Positions 29,627 through 38,619 of a stretch of DNA of 64,000 bases are shown piece after piece. The stretch lies in the NCBI GenBank assembly GCA_016932035.1, contig JAFGDR010000022.1:1226-65225 (forward strand). Direction: 5' to 3'. Numbering within the stretch: the stretch's first letter is position 1; the number at the start of each line of letters is the position of its first letter. This stretch comes from Candidatus Cloacimonadota bacterium (GTDB taxonomy: Bacteria; Cloacimonadota; Cloacimonadia; JGIOTU-2). The notes under the pieces were generated by a model. That model had not been told where the DNA came from. It did not search any database and saw only the letters and a list, made by a program, of their open reading frames with translations. A program made the position numbers and the translations under genes.

Positions 29627-31708
29627 ATGAAAACGATTATCTTTACAATTATTCTATTAAGCGTTTTAATCTTTCCAATTCAGGCAAAAACTCTCAATCC
29701 AAATCCCAATGAAGCAATTCCTTTTTCTGAATATCCCGATCTAAAAATTGTTCCTTTTAATACTACTTCAAATAGAGAGAACTATCCGGTTCCGGACTTC
29801 AGTTTTAAAACAGTTCCAACAACGATCATGACATCATATTATGACTATATGCCTGGATCGTATGAAGGATTTCCCTATGGGCTGCAGTCAACAATTGGTA
29901 GTGGATATTATCTGACGTGGTTCGGCACTGCTTCTACAACGGCAAACCGTAGGCAGTATTACGCTTATATTAATAGTTCAGGAGTTAATGAATCATGGGG
30001 CACCATATCGAACTATGATATCTGGCAAGGTTACGGAAACTGCACGGTTCATCCCGCAACCGGTGATTGCTTTGCAACCTGGCATGAAGATGGAGATGCA
30101 ACAGGCTACTTTGGCACAACATTTGTTTATGATGATTATGCTTTATTAGGCATACCGGGATTCTGGTCTACGGTCACATATCTTCCACCAAATCTTCCTG
30201 ATGAATATAATTGGCCATACTTCTATGTTGGTCCTTCACCAATGGGAACAGATTACCTTCGTTTGTACCAGGTGTCTAAAAATTTTACGAATGATGCTTG
30301 GGAGAATCCCTGTGAAGATATGCGCATCATGTATATCGATCTGGAAAACACACCTACTGCCGATCTTTCACCTATGTTGAATATGGCTAATTGGACAACT
30401 CAATGGCCAATGTATTACTGGAGATACAAATCATGTCGTCCCTATTCCCAGGCATTTGCAATCGATTATGAAAATCCCGGTCGAGTTGCGATCATCGGAT
30501 ATGCGGTATGGCTTGAAGGTGATCTTGGTGACATGCCGGTCGATGAAGGATTTTTCGTATGGGAATCCAACGACTATGGAACGACCTGGGATGGAAGCAA
30601 TATTCACGGTGATGGTCCAGGCGAAATAATATATGTTGTGGAAAATATTCCCCAGTTTGAGGACAATAGCGGCAATATTGTAGATGAAGTAGAAGTTCAA
30701 TTGGCTGGATGTCATAACACTGCTGTTTATGACAATGACGGCTCTCTCCATCTAACCTTTTTGCAGCAATATGGTTTTACAGATGATGCCGGTGATTTCT
30801 ACTACTATAATCATTTCCTTCCCCAGGCAGAAGCTGTCTGGACTGGAACTGAGTGGGAATATCATGAAGTACCTGGTATGCCCGGTATTGACCCCTGGTC
30901 TGGGCACACTGTTCCTTGGGAAATTGTCGGTAATGACACGATCCTTTATACTACGGTCGGTTTCAGCAAATATACGGGCACCTCAAATATTTTCCACGAA
31001 AACAATCAGCGAAATACCGTGAACCTTGATAACAACTGGATGGTGCAGCTCTGGTCAGATGGAACATATGTTCAGCTGGCTGAGGATGGTGATCCGGCAT
31101 ATCAAGCTTATGCAGAACACCCAATCCTCTACATTTCTGTATCCTCAGACAATGGTCAAACCTGGTCAGATGTCATCGAATTAACTGACATATATAGCAC
31201 ATTGTACAACTTCTCAAATGAGATAACCGTCTATCCTAACCTTAGTAATCATATTGTTGATATGGGTAATAACTATGGACTTGTTTATCTATATTACTAT
31301 GATGACAATTCTTTTGGCTCATTTGCACAAAGTGGGCAAGGTCAGAATACCGGTGGTCAACTCAACTATTGTGAAGTGCAAATTCTGTTCCCGGATTCTA
31401 TATCGATAGATCCAGCTCATTATAATCCGATCTCATTAGTTTCCAATAATCCCAATCCTTTCTTCGAAACGACCAGGATTAATTTCACGACCAAGAAAAC
31501 ATATCAAGAAGCTGCAATCAAGATCTATAACCCTAAAGGACAACTCATTAACACCCTAGAAGTGAACCATGGTGGTAATCCATTTGAAGGATTTGGCATT
31601 TGGAATGGGAAGGATCTGAAAGGTAAAGATGTTACAAATGGGATCTACCTTTATAGGGTGGAAGTAGATGGATCTTCCTATGTAAACAAGATGTTACTTG
31701 CTCGATAA
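29627..31708 (+). CDS. Secreted BNR/Asp-box beta-propeller protein with a T9SS C-terminal sorting domain (paralog 3 of 3)
   Basis: Signal peptide. Asp-boxes 'SNDYGTTWD' and 'SSDNGQTWS'. C-terminal 'NPFFETTRINF...IKIYNPKGQLI...NGIYLYRVEVDG...KMLLAR'. High identity to paralog 2. Confidence 0.6.
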   Translation: MKTIIFTIILLSVLIFPIQAKTLNPNPNEAIPFSEYPDLKIVPFNTTSNRENYPVPDFSFKTVPTTIMTSYYDYMPGSYEGFPYGLQSTIGSGYYLTWFGTASTTANRRQYYAYINSSGVNESWGTISNYDIWQGYGNCTVHPATGDCFATWHEDGDATGYFGTTFVYDDYALLGIPGFWSTVTYLPPNLPDEYNWPYFYVGPSPMGTDYLRLYQVSKNFTNDAWENPCEDMRIMYIDLENTPTADLSPMLNMANWTTQWPMYYWRYKSCRPYSQAFAIDYENPGRVAIIGYAVWLEGDLGDMPVDEGFFVWESNDYGTTWDGSNIHGDGPGEIIYVVENIPQFEDNSGNIVDEVEVQLAGCHNTAVYDNDGSLHLTFLQQYGFTDDAGDFYYYNHFLPQAEAVWTGTEWEYHEVPGMPGIDPWSGHTVPWEIVGNDTILYTTVGFSKYTGTSNIFHENNQRNTVNLDNNWMVQLWSDGTYVQLAEDGDPAYQAYAEHPILYISVSSDNGQTWSDVIELTDIYSTLYNFSNEITVYPNLSNHIVDMGNNYGLVYLYYYDDNSFGSFAQSGQGQNTGGQLNYCEVQILFPDSISIDPAHYNPISLVSNNPNPFFETTRINFTTKKTYQEAAIKIYNPKGQLINTLEVNHGGNPFEGFGIWNGKDLKGKDVTNGIYLYRVEVDGSSYVNKMLLAR

Positions 31709-31733
31709 CATACTCAAAAGTATACAACAAACC

Positions 31734-31763
31734 AAAGCCTGTTCTCACGAGCAGGCTTTTTTC
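31734..31763 (+). terminator. Rho-independent terminator after paralog 3
   Basis: aagcctg...caggctt stem plus tttttt. Confidence 0.55.
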
Positions 31764-31830
31764 AATCATTAGTTGACAAAAATTAAGCTCGGAATAAATC
31801 ACTTATAAAATTAATCCCAAGGAGGATGTA

Positions 31831-32433
31831 ATGTTAAAAAAAAGTGTTTTATTATTGGCACTTGTTGCACTTATTGTGTCATGCGGAGGACCTACCAAGC
31901 AGGTTTCCCGCGTGGGGGTCGATGAGACTATTGACCTTAGTGGCCGCTGGAACGACTCAGATGCTCGTATGGTTTCTGAAAACATCGTTGAGGATGTTCT
32001 CGATGGTGCATGGCTAATGAACTGGCTGGATGAATATGATGAGAAACCAATTGTTATCGTTGGAACAATCGGAAACAAAACAAGCGAACATATCAATACA
32101 GAGACATTTTCTACTGATATCGAAAGGGAACTTGTCAATTCTGGAGAAGTTCGTTTTGTTGCTGCCAAAGAACAGCGTGATGAAATTCGCGATGAACGTC
32201 TTGATCAGCAAAGTCAGGCAACAGAAGAAACAGCTAAAAGACTTGCCCAGGAACTCGGCGCTGATTTTATGCTTCAGGGAACGCTTTCATCTATCGAAGA
32301 TTCAGTTGATGGTAAAAAAGTAGTGTATTATCAGGCAGATATGAACCTGGTAAATCTCGAAACGAGTGAGATCGTTTGGATGGGATCAAAAAAGATCAAA
32401 AAATTTATGGAACAATCAAAACTTAAATGGTAA
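31831..32433 (+). CDS. LpoB-like lipoprotein (COG3417 penicillin-binding-protein activator LpoB / TolB-N-like fold family)
   Basis: Lipobox 'IVSCGG'. Colinear with E. coli LpoB: 'KPIVIVGTIGNKT', 'RELVNSGEVRFV', 'ELGADFMLQGTLSS', 'ADMNLVNLETSEIVWMGSK'. AAGGAGG RBS. Confidence 0.6.
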   Translation: MLKKSVLLLALVALIVSCGGPTKQVSRVGVDETIDLSGRWNDSDARMVSENIVEDVLDGAWLMNWLDEYDEKPIVIVGTIGNKTSEHINTETFSTDIERELVNSGEVRFVAAKEQRDEIRDERLDQQSQATEETAKRLAQELGADFMLQGTLSSIEDSVDGKKVVYYQADMNLVNLETSEIVWMGSKKIKKFMEQSKLKW

Positions 32434-32438
32434 TCATA

Positions 32439-34040
32439 ATGAAAAAAATATTATTTTCAACTATCATATTATCTCTTGTTATATTGTGCTTTTTAGGATG
32501 CTCGAGCATGAAGACATCAAAAGCTCAATATGCAGGAATGATGGAAAATCTCCGTGCAAATGACTTCAAAACTTGTTTAACTCAAATCGAAGAAGCAAAA
32601 GAGAAGCATTATAAAGAAAAGGAGAAAGTGCTGTTCTACCTTGATGCAGGCATGCTTTATCATTATTGTGGTGATTACCGGAAGAGTAATGAATACCTTG
32701 AAAAAGCTGAATTTGCTATCGAAGATCTCTACACTAAAAGTATCGGGAAAGCTGCAGCTTCTGTCCTTCTCAATGATAATGCACTCGATTATTTCGGTGA
32801 AGATTATGAAGACATCTATCTGAATATCTTTAAAGCACTGAACTATCTTCATCTGAATGATCCTGAAGATGCGTTCGTCGAAATTCGTAGGATCAATAAC
32901 AAACTCAATCTTCTGGAAGACAAGTATAAAAAAATCGCTGATGAGTATAATAAATCCGATGATAAGAAAAGGGATTTCAAGATAGGTGATATAAAATTTT
33001 ATAATTCGGCACTTGCCCGTTACTTGAGTATGCTTCTTTATTACACTGAAGGAAAATATGACGACGCCAGGATCGACCTGAAAGAAATCAGAGAAGCCAT
33101 CGAAAATCAGCCGACAGTCTATAACTTCGAAGTACCACCTCTTGAATCACATATTGCAAAATCAGACAGTATTCCCATCTACTTCCTATCTTTTGTTGGT
33201 AATTCTCCAGACAAGAAATCAAACACACTCTGGGTGCATACAGAAAAAGACATGCTGATCATTGCGACATCTAAAGAAGTTTCTGAAAACAGTAAAAATC
33301 CTGATATTAAAGATGAAGCAGGTAAACTTGCAAAAGAAACTGGTGAATTTGTATCGTCTGTTGGTAATATCTTTAAGAAAACCGATACTGAAGAGAAATC
33401 AAGTTCATCGAGCAGTAGCTCTTCCAGTAAAAAATCATCCGTTTCAATACCACACAAAGAGACCGAAACTGAAGTAGAAACAAAAAATGACAGTCAATAT
33501 GAAGGCACATTGGATATCATCGAATGGGAAGATATGGAAGCTGGGTACCATTTTAAATTTGATCTTCCCTACATGGACTTGATCGGTACAGACATTGCAA
33601 AGATCGCGGTCCTCATTAATGACCAGATGGCCGTTGAGTTAATACCACTTGAAAGTATGGAACAGGTTGCTTTCATTACATATAAAATTAAAGAACCACT
33701 AATATATCTAAAGACAATCACCCGAACAGTTGTAAAAGGAATTCTCGCAGAAAGTGCAAAACAGGAGATGGTAAAACAGACAGGTGATAATCTTTTTGGT
33801 AAACTTGCCATGATTGCTACTGATGTCGGTGTGGACGCAACAGAAAACGCTGATTTAAGAATATCTCGTTTTTTCCCGGCGAAAGCTTTTGTTGGGCATT
33901 TCTTACTACCAGAGGGTATATATAACATTCGTATAAATTATTATAATTCAGACAACAAACTCGTTTATTCGGATTTGAGAAATAAACAACACATAACCAA
34001 AAACGGATTACAGTTGTTTGAGTCGTTTTATTTAGATTAG
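32439..34040 (+). CDS. Lipoprotein with an N-terminal TPR-like region, a poly-Ser linker and a C-terminal domain of unknown function
   Basis: Lipobox 'FLGCSS'. TPR-like 'LFYLDAGMLYHYCGDYRKSNEYLEKA'. 'SSSSSSSSSKKSS' linker. The listed ORF start at 32427 overlaps the upstream gene. Confidence 0.4.
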   Translation: MKKILFSTIILSLVILCFLGCSSMKTSKAQYAGMMENLRANDFKTCLTQIEEAKEKHYKEKEKVLFYLDAGMLYHYCGDYRKSNEYLEKAEFAIEDLYTKSIGKAAASVLLNDNALDYFGEDYEDIYLNIFKALNYLHLNDPEDAFVEIRRINNKLNLLEDKYKKIADEYNKSDDKKRDFKIGDIKFYNSALARYLSMLLYYTEGKYDDARIDLKEIREAIENQPTVYNFEVPPLESHIAKSDSIPIYFLSFVGNSPDKKSNTLWVHTEKDMLIIATSKEVSENSKNPDIKDEAGKLAKETGEFVSSVGNIFKKTDTEEKSSSSSSSSSSKKSSVSIPHKETETEVETKNDSQYEGTLDIIEWEDMEAGYHFKFDLPYMDLIGTDIAKIAVLINDQMAVELIPLESMEQVAFITYKIKEPLIYLKTITRTVVKGILAESAKQEMVKQTGDNLFGKLAMIATDVGVDATENADLRISRFFPAKAFVGHFLLPEGIYNIRINYYNSDNKLVYSDLRNKQHITKNGLQLFESFYLD

Positions 34041-34048
34041 GATAGACT

Positions 34049-35077
34049 ATGAAAAAAATCGTACTATTATTCGTTCTTATATTTATGTCTTGTGCTCCTT
34101 CAATGGTAACAGCAAAAAAGAACAAAACGCCAGATTGGATCATGAATCCTCAGACCAAATACAAGGATTCGTACTACCTTTCGGCTGTTGGATCCGGTGA
34201 TACAAAAAAATCTGCTGAGAAAGACGCATACTCAAATCTCTCCAAAATATTTCAAGCTGAGATAAAATCAGATGAAACACTCGTCCAAAAATTTGAAGAG
34301 ACCACCATTGGTGACAAAACATCACTTTCTGCTGAGGAGAAGATGCGTAATCTCACACAGATTCAGAGTGAGCAGACCTTAAAAAACGTTAAAGTGGGTG
34401 ATTCTTTTTTTGATCCCAATAGTGGTGAGTACTACGTCATCGTATATTTAAATAGGAACGAAACGGAAGACATTTATCATAACGAGATCTTTCAAAACAC
34501 ACAGAAGATAGATCAATATTACGCTCAGTTTGAAGCCGGGTTATCTAAACTCGACAAGCTTAAATATCTCAGCGAAGCGATTGATTTTGCCGAAAAGAAT
34601 GAGATACTGAATGCACAACTTCGTATTATATCACCTTCCAATGCTGGAGTAGAACTCAAACAACCTCTTGAGAAACTTGTTGCTGAGAGAAATACTTTTG
34701 CGCGATCGATCCATGTTATTGTTGAAGGTTCGGGTGAATACAAAGAATATCTCGATGACTATCTTACAGAGGTTTTTAATAATTTTGGTTTCTCGGTTTA
34801 TGATTCACCAAAGGATGCAGACTATATTGATTTCCACATAGAGAGCTCTCTTTCAATATCTCAGATCGACCTTAATCGCGATGAGGAATTCGTGCGTTGG
34901 GAGTTATCAATTACTATAATTGATAAGATCAGCAATGCAGAAGAAGTTGTTTATACAAAGAGTGATCGTGAAGGTCATCTAAATTTAACTGAAGCAGAAA
35001 ATAGAGCTTTGCGTTCAGTAAAAAAAGTTATCCAAAAAGATTTCTTTAAATTCTTTGCAGATAAGTATTTGTCATAA
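34049..35077 (+). CDS. LPP20-family lipoprotein-like protein
   Basis: Lipobox 'FMSCAP'. 'PDWIMNPQTKYKDSYYLSAVGSGDTKKSAEKDAYSNLSKIFQAEI' matches the LPP20 (PF02169-type) N-terminal pattern. Confidence 0.5.
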   Translation: MKKIVLLFVLIFMSCAPSMVTAKKNKTPDWIMNPQTKYKDSYYLSAVGSGDTKKSAEKDAYSNLSKIFQAEIKSDETLVQKFEETTIGDKTSLSAEEKMRNLTQIQSEQTLKNVKVGDSFFDPNSGEYYVIVYLNRNETEDIYHNEIFQNTQKIDQYYAQFEAGLSKLDKLKYLSEAIDFAEKNEILNAQLRIISPSNAGVELKQPLEKLVAERNTFARSIHVIVEGSGEYKEYLDDYLTEVFNNFGFSVYDSPKDADYIDFHIESSLSISQIDLNRDEEFVRWELSITIIDKISNAEEVVYTKSDREGHLNLTEAENRALRSVKKVIQKDFFKFFADKYLS

Positions 35078-35103
35078 CGCTCATTATTTTAATAAAAAAG
35101 TAA

Positions 35104-35131
35104 GGCGAAATCAATTGATTTCGCCTTTTTT
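35104..35131. terminator. Bidirectional rho-independent terminator between convergent genes
   Basis: Perfect 22-nt palindrome ggcgaaatcaa/ttgatttcgcc flanked by an A-run upstream and a T-run downstream. Confidence 0.65.
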
Positions 35132-35152
35132 ATTTGTTGCGTATTATAGTTT

Positions 35153-37648
35153 TTAGTTATGAGCCACACCGACTTCATCAAATACGATATTGATGAAAGT
35201 TTTTGCTTCGTCAGGCATCATGTAGTACAAGGGGAATCCAAGAATATATACAGGTTCATCAACAGAAGGATGAATATATTTCGTCCCAACGGGGGCATCT
35301 GCAAATTGTTCATGGATCGCTAAAGTATCAACAATACTTGTGAAGATTGTTTCTGCTGCATTAACGTTTAAGAAGGTTACATTACTTATTTTTCCTAATG
35401 GTAATAAGTATGGAAAGTATTCAGGGAAGAATTTATCACTTGGAAATGCTGGATTTACATCAGCCCAACAGAGTAATTGCATATTAACATCTAACTGATT
35501 AACAGCACTGAAATCGCCTTGACCATTAGCTCCTATGAACATGGAGTTAGTTGTATTGGGGTTACCCCACAACCAGTTATTCGTATCTAGTTCTTGTGAC
35601 AAAGCCGAAAGAGTGTCAGCAAGTCCACCGTATACCTGAAGGAAATTCCTTGTTGCCGGAGTGAGAGGATCTGATATCTTTGCTGAAGCAGAAAGTAACA
35701 CCGAACCGCCAGATAACATATAATATCTCATAACATCATAGTGCTGTATCATATGAACTTTTGTGACATCGCTATAAAAGCCTTTTGGATCGTTTGCATA
35801 CCAGATCACTAATTTATATTGCTGGATATCTGATGGAGCAAAATACGGAGCCATATCATCGTTTCTTAATTGCTTGTTCATCGTGTAAATGGAGGATAAG
35901 TTCGCTCCTCGAATATCAAACCATTTTTTTGTTTCGGTAGAATGCTCAACAAGATTTTCGTAAAATTGATTTACTGAATCCTCTGGTGCAAAAATCGGTG
36001 TATTCTGTGTATCATCGACTATAAGTAAACCTTCTTTTCCGCCATTCAATATTGGCTCATGAAGATAGAATACTAACTCTGAAGGGGTTGGGTCAACAGC
36101 TCCCTGGAAATCAACAGAACGCACCTTGAAAACGTGCTCGCCAGATGTTAAATCAAATATCTTGCAACTCTGTTCATCATATATTGGGATACGCATCCAA
36201 TTTTCACCTGTTACATTATCTGTAATAACAGTCCCAATAGGAGGTAATCCGCTTGCACTTCCATCAAGCTGAATATCCATGTACTCGACATCGCAATAAT
36301 ACTGAACATATTCATCTAAATTTGCATCATAATAATAGGTATGATTTGCTGCTATCCTGGAGCGTTCAACATCGTATTCATACTGACCGAGATATTCCCA
36401 TTTCAAATATATCTCAATATTACTCGACCAGATAGCAGATAATGTAGTATCTTGAGCCATGTAGAACTGGTTGGCATAATGATTTTCACCTGCAATGACT
36501 CGCTTAGGAATATCTTCATTTTCGCATAAGTAGTTCAACCAAGTATAGTCACTGATGACGAAGATATGAGGTAAAATATCAAGGGAACTATTGCTGAGGA
36601 AGTCTGGAAGATAATCTGCCCATTGTGCCATAAATGGAGCAGTGTCTGGGTGGAAATATCCTCTTACAAAAAATATCATGCTTGCATAATCGGGATCTTC
36701 AATACCAGCTTTATCTACAGATTTAACCTGAATCTCAGTCATCTCATACGTGCCGTCAGCGTACTTTTCATTCACTCTTAGTTGAGGTTTCCCATAAGGA
36801 TTACCATCATGATAGTTTGCCATTAGAAGAACTTCATCTTTTACAGGATAATTCTCTGTTGAATACCACTGTGTGCTATCGGTCTGTTCACCAGCAGCAC
36901 TTATTTCGACAGTATCAGTGCCTGTGCTATGATAGTACACGAGACGGTATTTGAAGTACGCAGCCTCATCTCCGTAACCAAATGGATCATCATCATTGAG
37001 GACATTGAATTCAAATGATATTGCTGCACCAAGTCTTACTGAATCGACAGCACCCTGTGAGGTCTGAACACTGGTACTTGGAACATCCGACCAGCTACAG
37101 AAATATCGGGTTGCGATTTCTGACTCTTCGGCATAATTGTCCTTACATTTAACCTCAAACTTGCCAAAATTTCTTTTATAATCGGCAGTGTCTTTTGCGG
37201 TGAAATATACTTGAGTTTTTGGAAATCTTTCCGCCAGTGGAGTCCAAATATCATATTCACCATTGGGCTGTAAATGTAATACCCATCCGTCTGCACTTAC
37301 GCGAACACCATAGGTTTGGTCATATTGCCAGCTTCCATTTGTGCTATCCCATGTTCCGATTCTGTAGGCATAAGATTTTACAACGCCATCAACATCCCAT
37401 GCTTTCCAATATATTTCCTGAAAATATAGTGAATCATAAATGGTAGGATCAATAAGATTACCTATTACATTATACATGGCTGAATCTGTTAAAACAGTAT
37501 CAGGTCGTGCAATTCCGCTATAATCAGATATCTCAATATAAGGAGCAATATTAGGATTTAATGAACCTTTCCTGCCACAGCTTAGAACAGTTAAGACTGC
37601 AATCACTAATAAAATTAACAAAACTAAAAGAGACCTATTTTTTAACAT
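35153..37648 (-). CDS. Large hypothetical lipoprotein (831 aa), last gene of the minus-strand housekeeping operon string
   Basis: Lipobox 'VLSCGR'. No recognisable catalytic motifs. GGGAGG RBS. Confidence 0.4.
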   Translation of the reverse strand: MLKNRSLLVLLILLVIAVLTVLSCGRKGSLNPNIAPYIEISDYSGIARPDTVLTDSAMYNVIGNLIDPTIYDSLYFQEIYWKAWDVDGVVKSYAYRIGTWDSTNGSWQYDQTYGVRVSADGWVLHLQPNGEYDIWTPLAERFPKTQVYFTAKDTADYKRNFGKFEVKCKDNYAEESEIATRYFCSWSDVPSTSVQTSQGAVDSVRLGAAISFEFNVLNDDDPFGYGDEAAYFKYRLVYYHSTGTDTVEISAAGEQTDSTQWYSTENYPVKDEVLLMANYHDGNPYGKPQLRVNEKYADGTYEMTEIQVKSVDKAGIEDPDYASMIFFVRGYFHPDTAPFMAQWADYLPDFLSNSSLDILPHIFVISDYTWLNYLCENEDIPKRVIAGENHYANQFYMAQDTTLSAIWSSNIEIYLKWEYLGQYEYDVERSRIAANHTYYYDANLDEYVQYYCDVEYMDIQLDGSASGLPPIGTVITDNVTGENWMRIPIYDEQSCKIFDLTSGEHVFKVRSVDFQGAVDPTPSELVFYLHEPILNGGKEGLLIVDDTQNTPIFAPEDSVNQFYENLVEHSTETKKWFDIRGANLSSIYTMNKQLRNDDMAPYFAPSDIQQYKLVIWYANDPKGFYSDVTKVHMIQHYDVMRYYMLSGGSVLLSASAKISDPLTPATRNFLQVYGGLADTLSALSQELDTNNWLWGNPNTTNSMFIGANGQGDFSAVNQLDVNMQLLCWADVNPAFPSDKFFPEYFPYLLPLGKISNVTFLNVNAAETIFTSIVDTLAIHEQFADAPVGTKYIHPSVDEPVYILGFPLYYMMPDEAKTFINIVFDEVGVAHN

Positions 37649-37746
37649 CTATAAACCTCCCATCTTTGAACAAAGATTCCTTTCCTGATATTAATAAGTC
37701 AATAAAAAAATTACGATTTTCACTTTTTCTAAAAATATACTTCAAT

Positions 37747-38613
37747 TCACAACTTACTTGCACGAACCACATTCTTGAGCAACGAAGCCGTCGTAATCGT
37801 GCCAACTCCTCCCGGGACAGGCGTAATAGCCTTCACTATGGGAAATACATCTATATAATTTACATCTCCAACAAAAAGATTTGTCTCAGCGTCAGCATCA
37901 TAAACCTCGTTTATACCAACATCAATAACGTTCGAGTTACTAGAAACATATGCATGATCAACAAATTTTGGTTTGCCTATTGCAACGATCAGAATATCTG
38001 CTTCCAATGCTATTTTCTGTAAATTCGTCGATCTCGAATGACAAACTGTAACAGTTGCATCTGCACCAGCGTTCTTCTGAACAAGAAGATGAAAAAGGGG
38101 TAGCCCAACAATGTTGCTTCGTCCGATGATCACAACCCGGTTTCCTTTAGTTGGTATATTATAATAATGAATTAATTCCATGACTGCGGCAGGTGTACTT
38201 GCAACAAAACAATCCTGACCGAGCACAAGTTTTCCCATATTGATCGGATGGAGACCATCGATGTCTTTTCTGGGATCAATCTGCATCACAACATCATTTT
38301 GATTAAGATGTTTCGGCAAGGGCATTTGTAGCATTATACCATGAACTTTAGGATCTTTGTTTGCTTTCTGTATCTCAGCTATGATCATATCCTGAGAAGT
38401 GTTTACTACGAAGTTCAAAATATCAACGACAACACCGATCTTCTTTGCTTTCTTCTGAATATTTTGAACATAATACTCTGAAGCAGGATCGTTTCCTACC
38501 TTAAAAACCGATAATCGTGGAATGATTCCCTTGTCATATAATTGAGCAACTTCTTCTTTTAGTTCCTGATAAATTTCCTTAGCGACCGGTCTGCCATCCA
38601 AAATTTTATCCAT
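37747..38613 (-). CDS. folD: Bifunctional methylenetetrahydrofolate dehydrogenase/cyclohydrolase
   Basis: 'MDKILDGRPVAKEI...' N-terminus, NAD(P)-binding 'GRSNIVGLP', 288 aa. Confidence 0.85.
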   Translation of the reverse strand: MDKILDGRPVAKEIYQELKEEVAQLYDKGIIPRLSVFKVGNDPASEYYVQNIQKKAKKIGVVVDILNFVVNTSQDMIIAEIQKANKDPKVHGIMLQMPLPKHLNQNDVVMQIDPRKDIDGLHPINMGKLVLGQDCFVASTPAAVMELIHYYNIPTKGNRVVIIGRSNIVGLPLFHLLVQKNAGADATVTVCHSRSTNLQKIALEADILIVAIGKPKFVDHAYVSSNSNVIDVGINEVYDADAETNLFVGDVNYIDVFPIVKAITPVPGGVGTITTASLLKNVVRASKL

Positions 38614-38619
38614 GTTTAT

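Larger units (their letters stand above)
25035..31708 (+). repeat. Tandem array of three paralogous genes of about 2.1 kb. Paralogs 2 and 3 share long near-identical nucleotide stretches.
   Basis: Colinear protein similarity across all three ORFs (for example 'TIMTSYYDYMPGSYEG', 'HPATGDCFATWHE', 'QHPILY.SVSS.NG.TWS'). Paralog 1 is more divergent. Confidence 0.6.

Noticed and set aside
33400-33440. Poly-serine run (SSSSSSSSSKKSS) as a possible contingency/SSR locus
   Set aside because: It is encoded by mixed Ser codons (agc/agt/tct/tcc/tca/tcg), not a homopolymeric or simple nucleotide repeat. It looks like an ordinary flexible linker.
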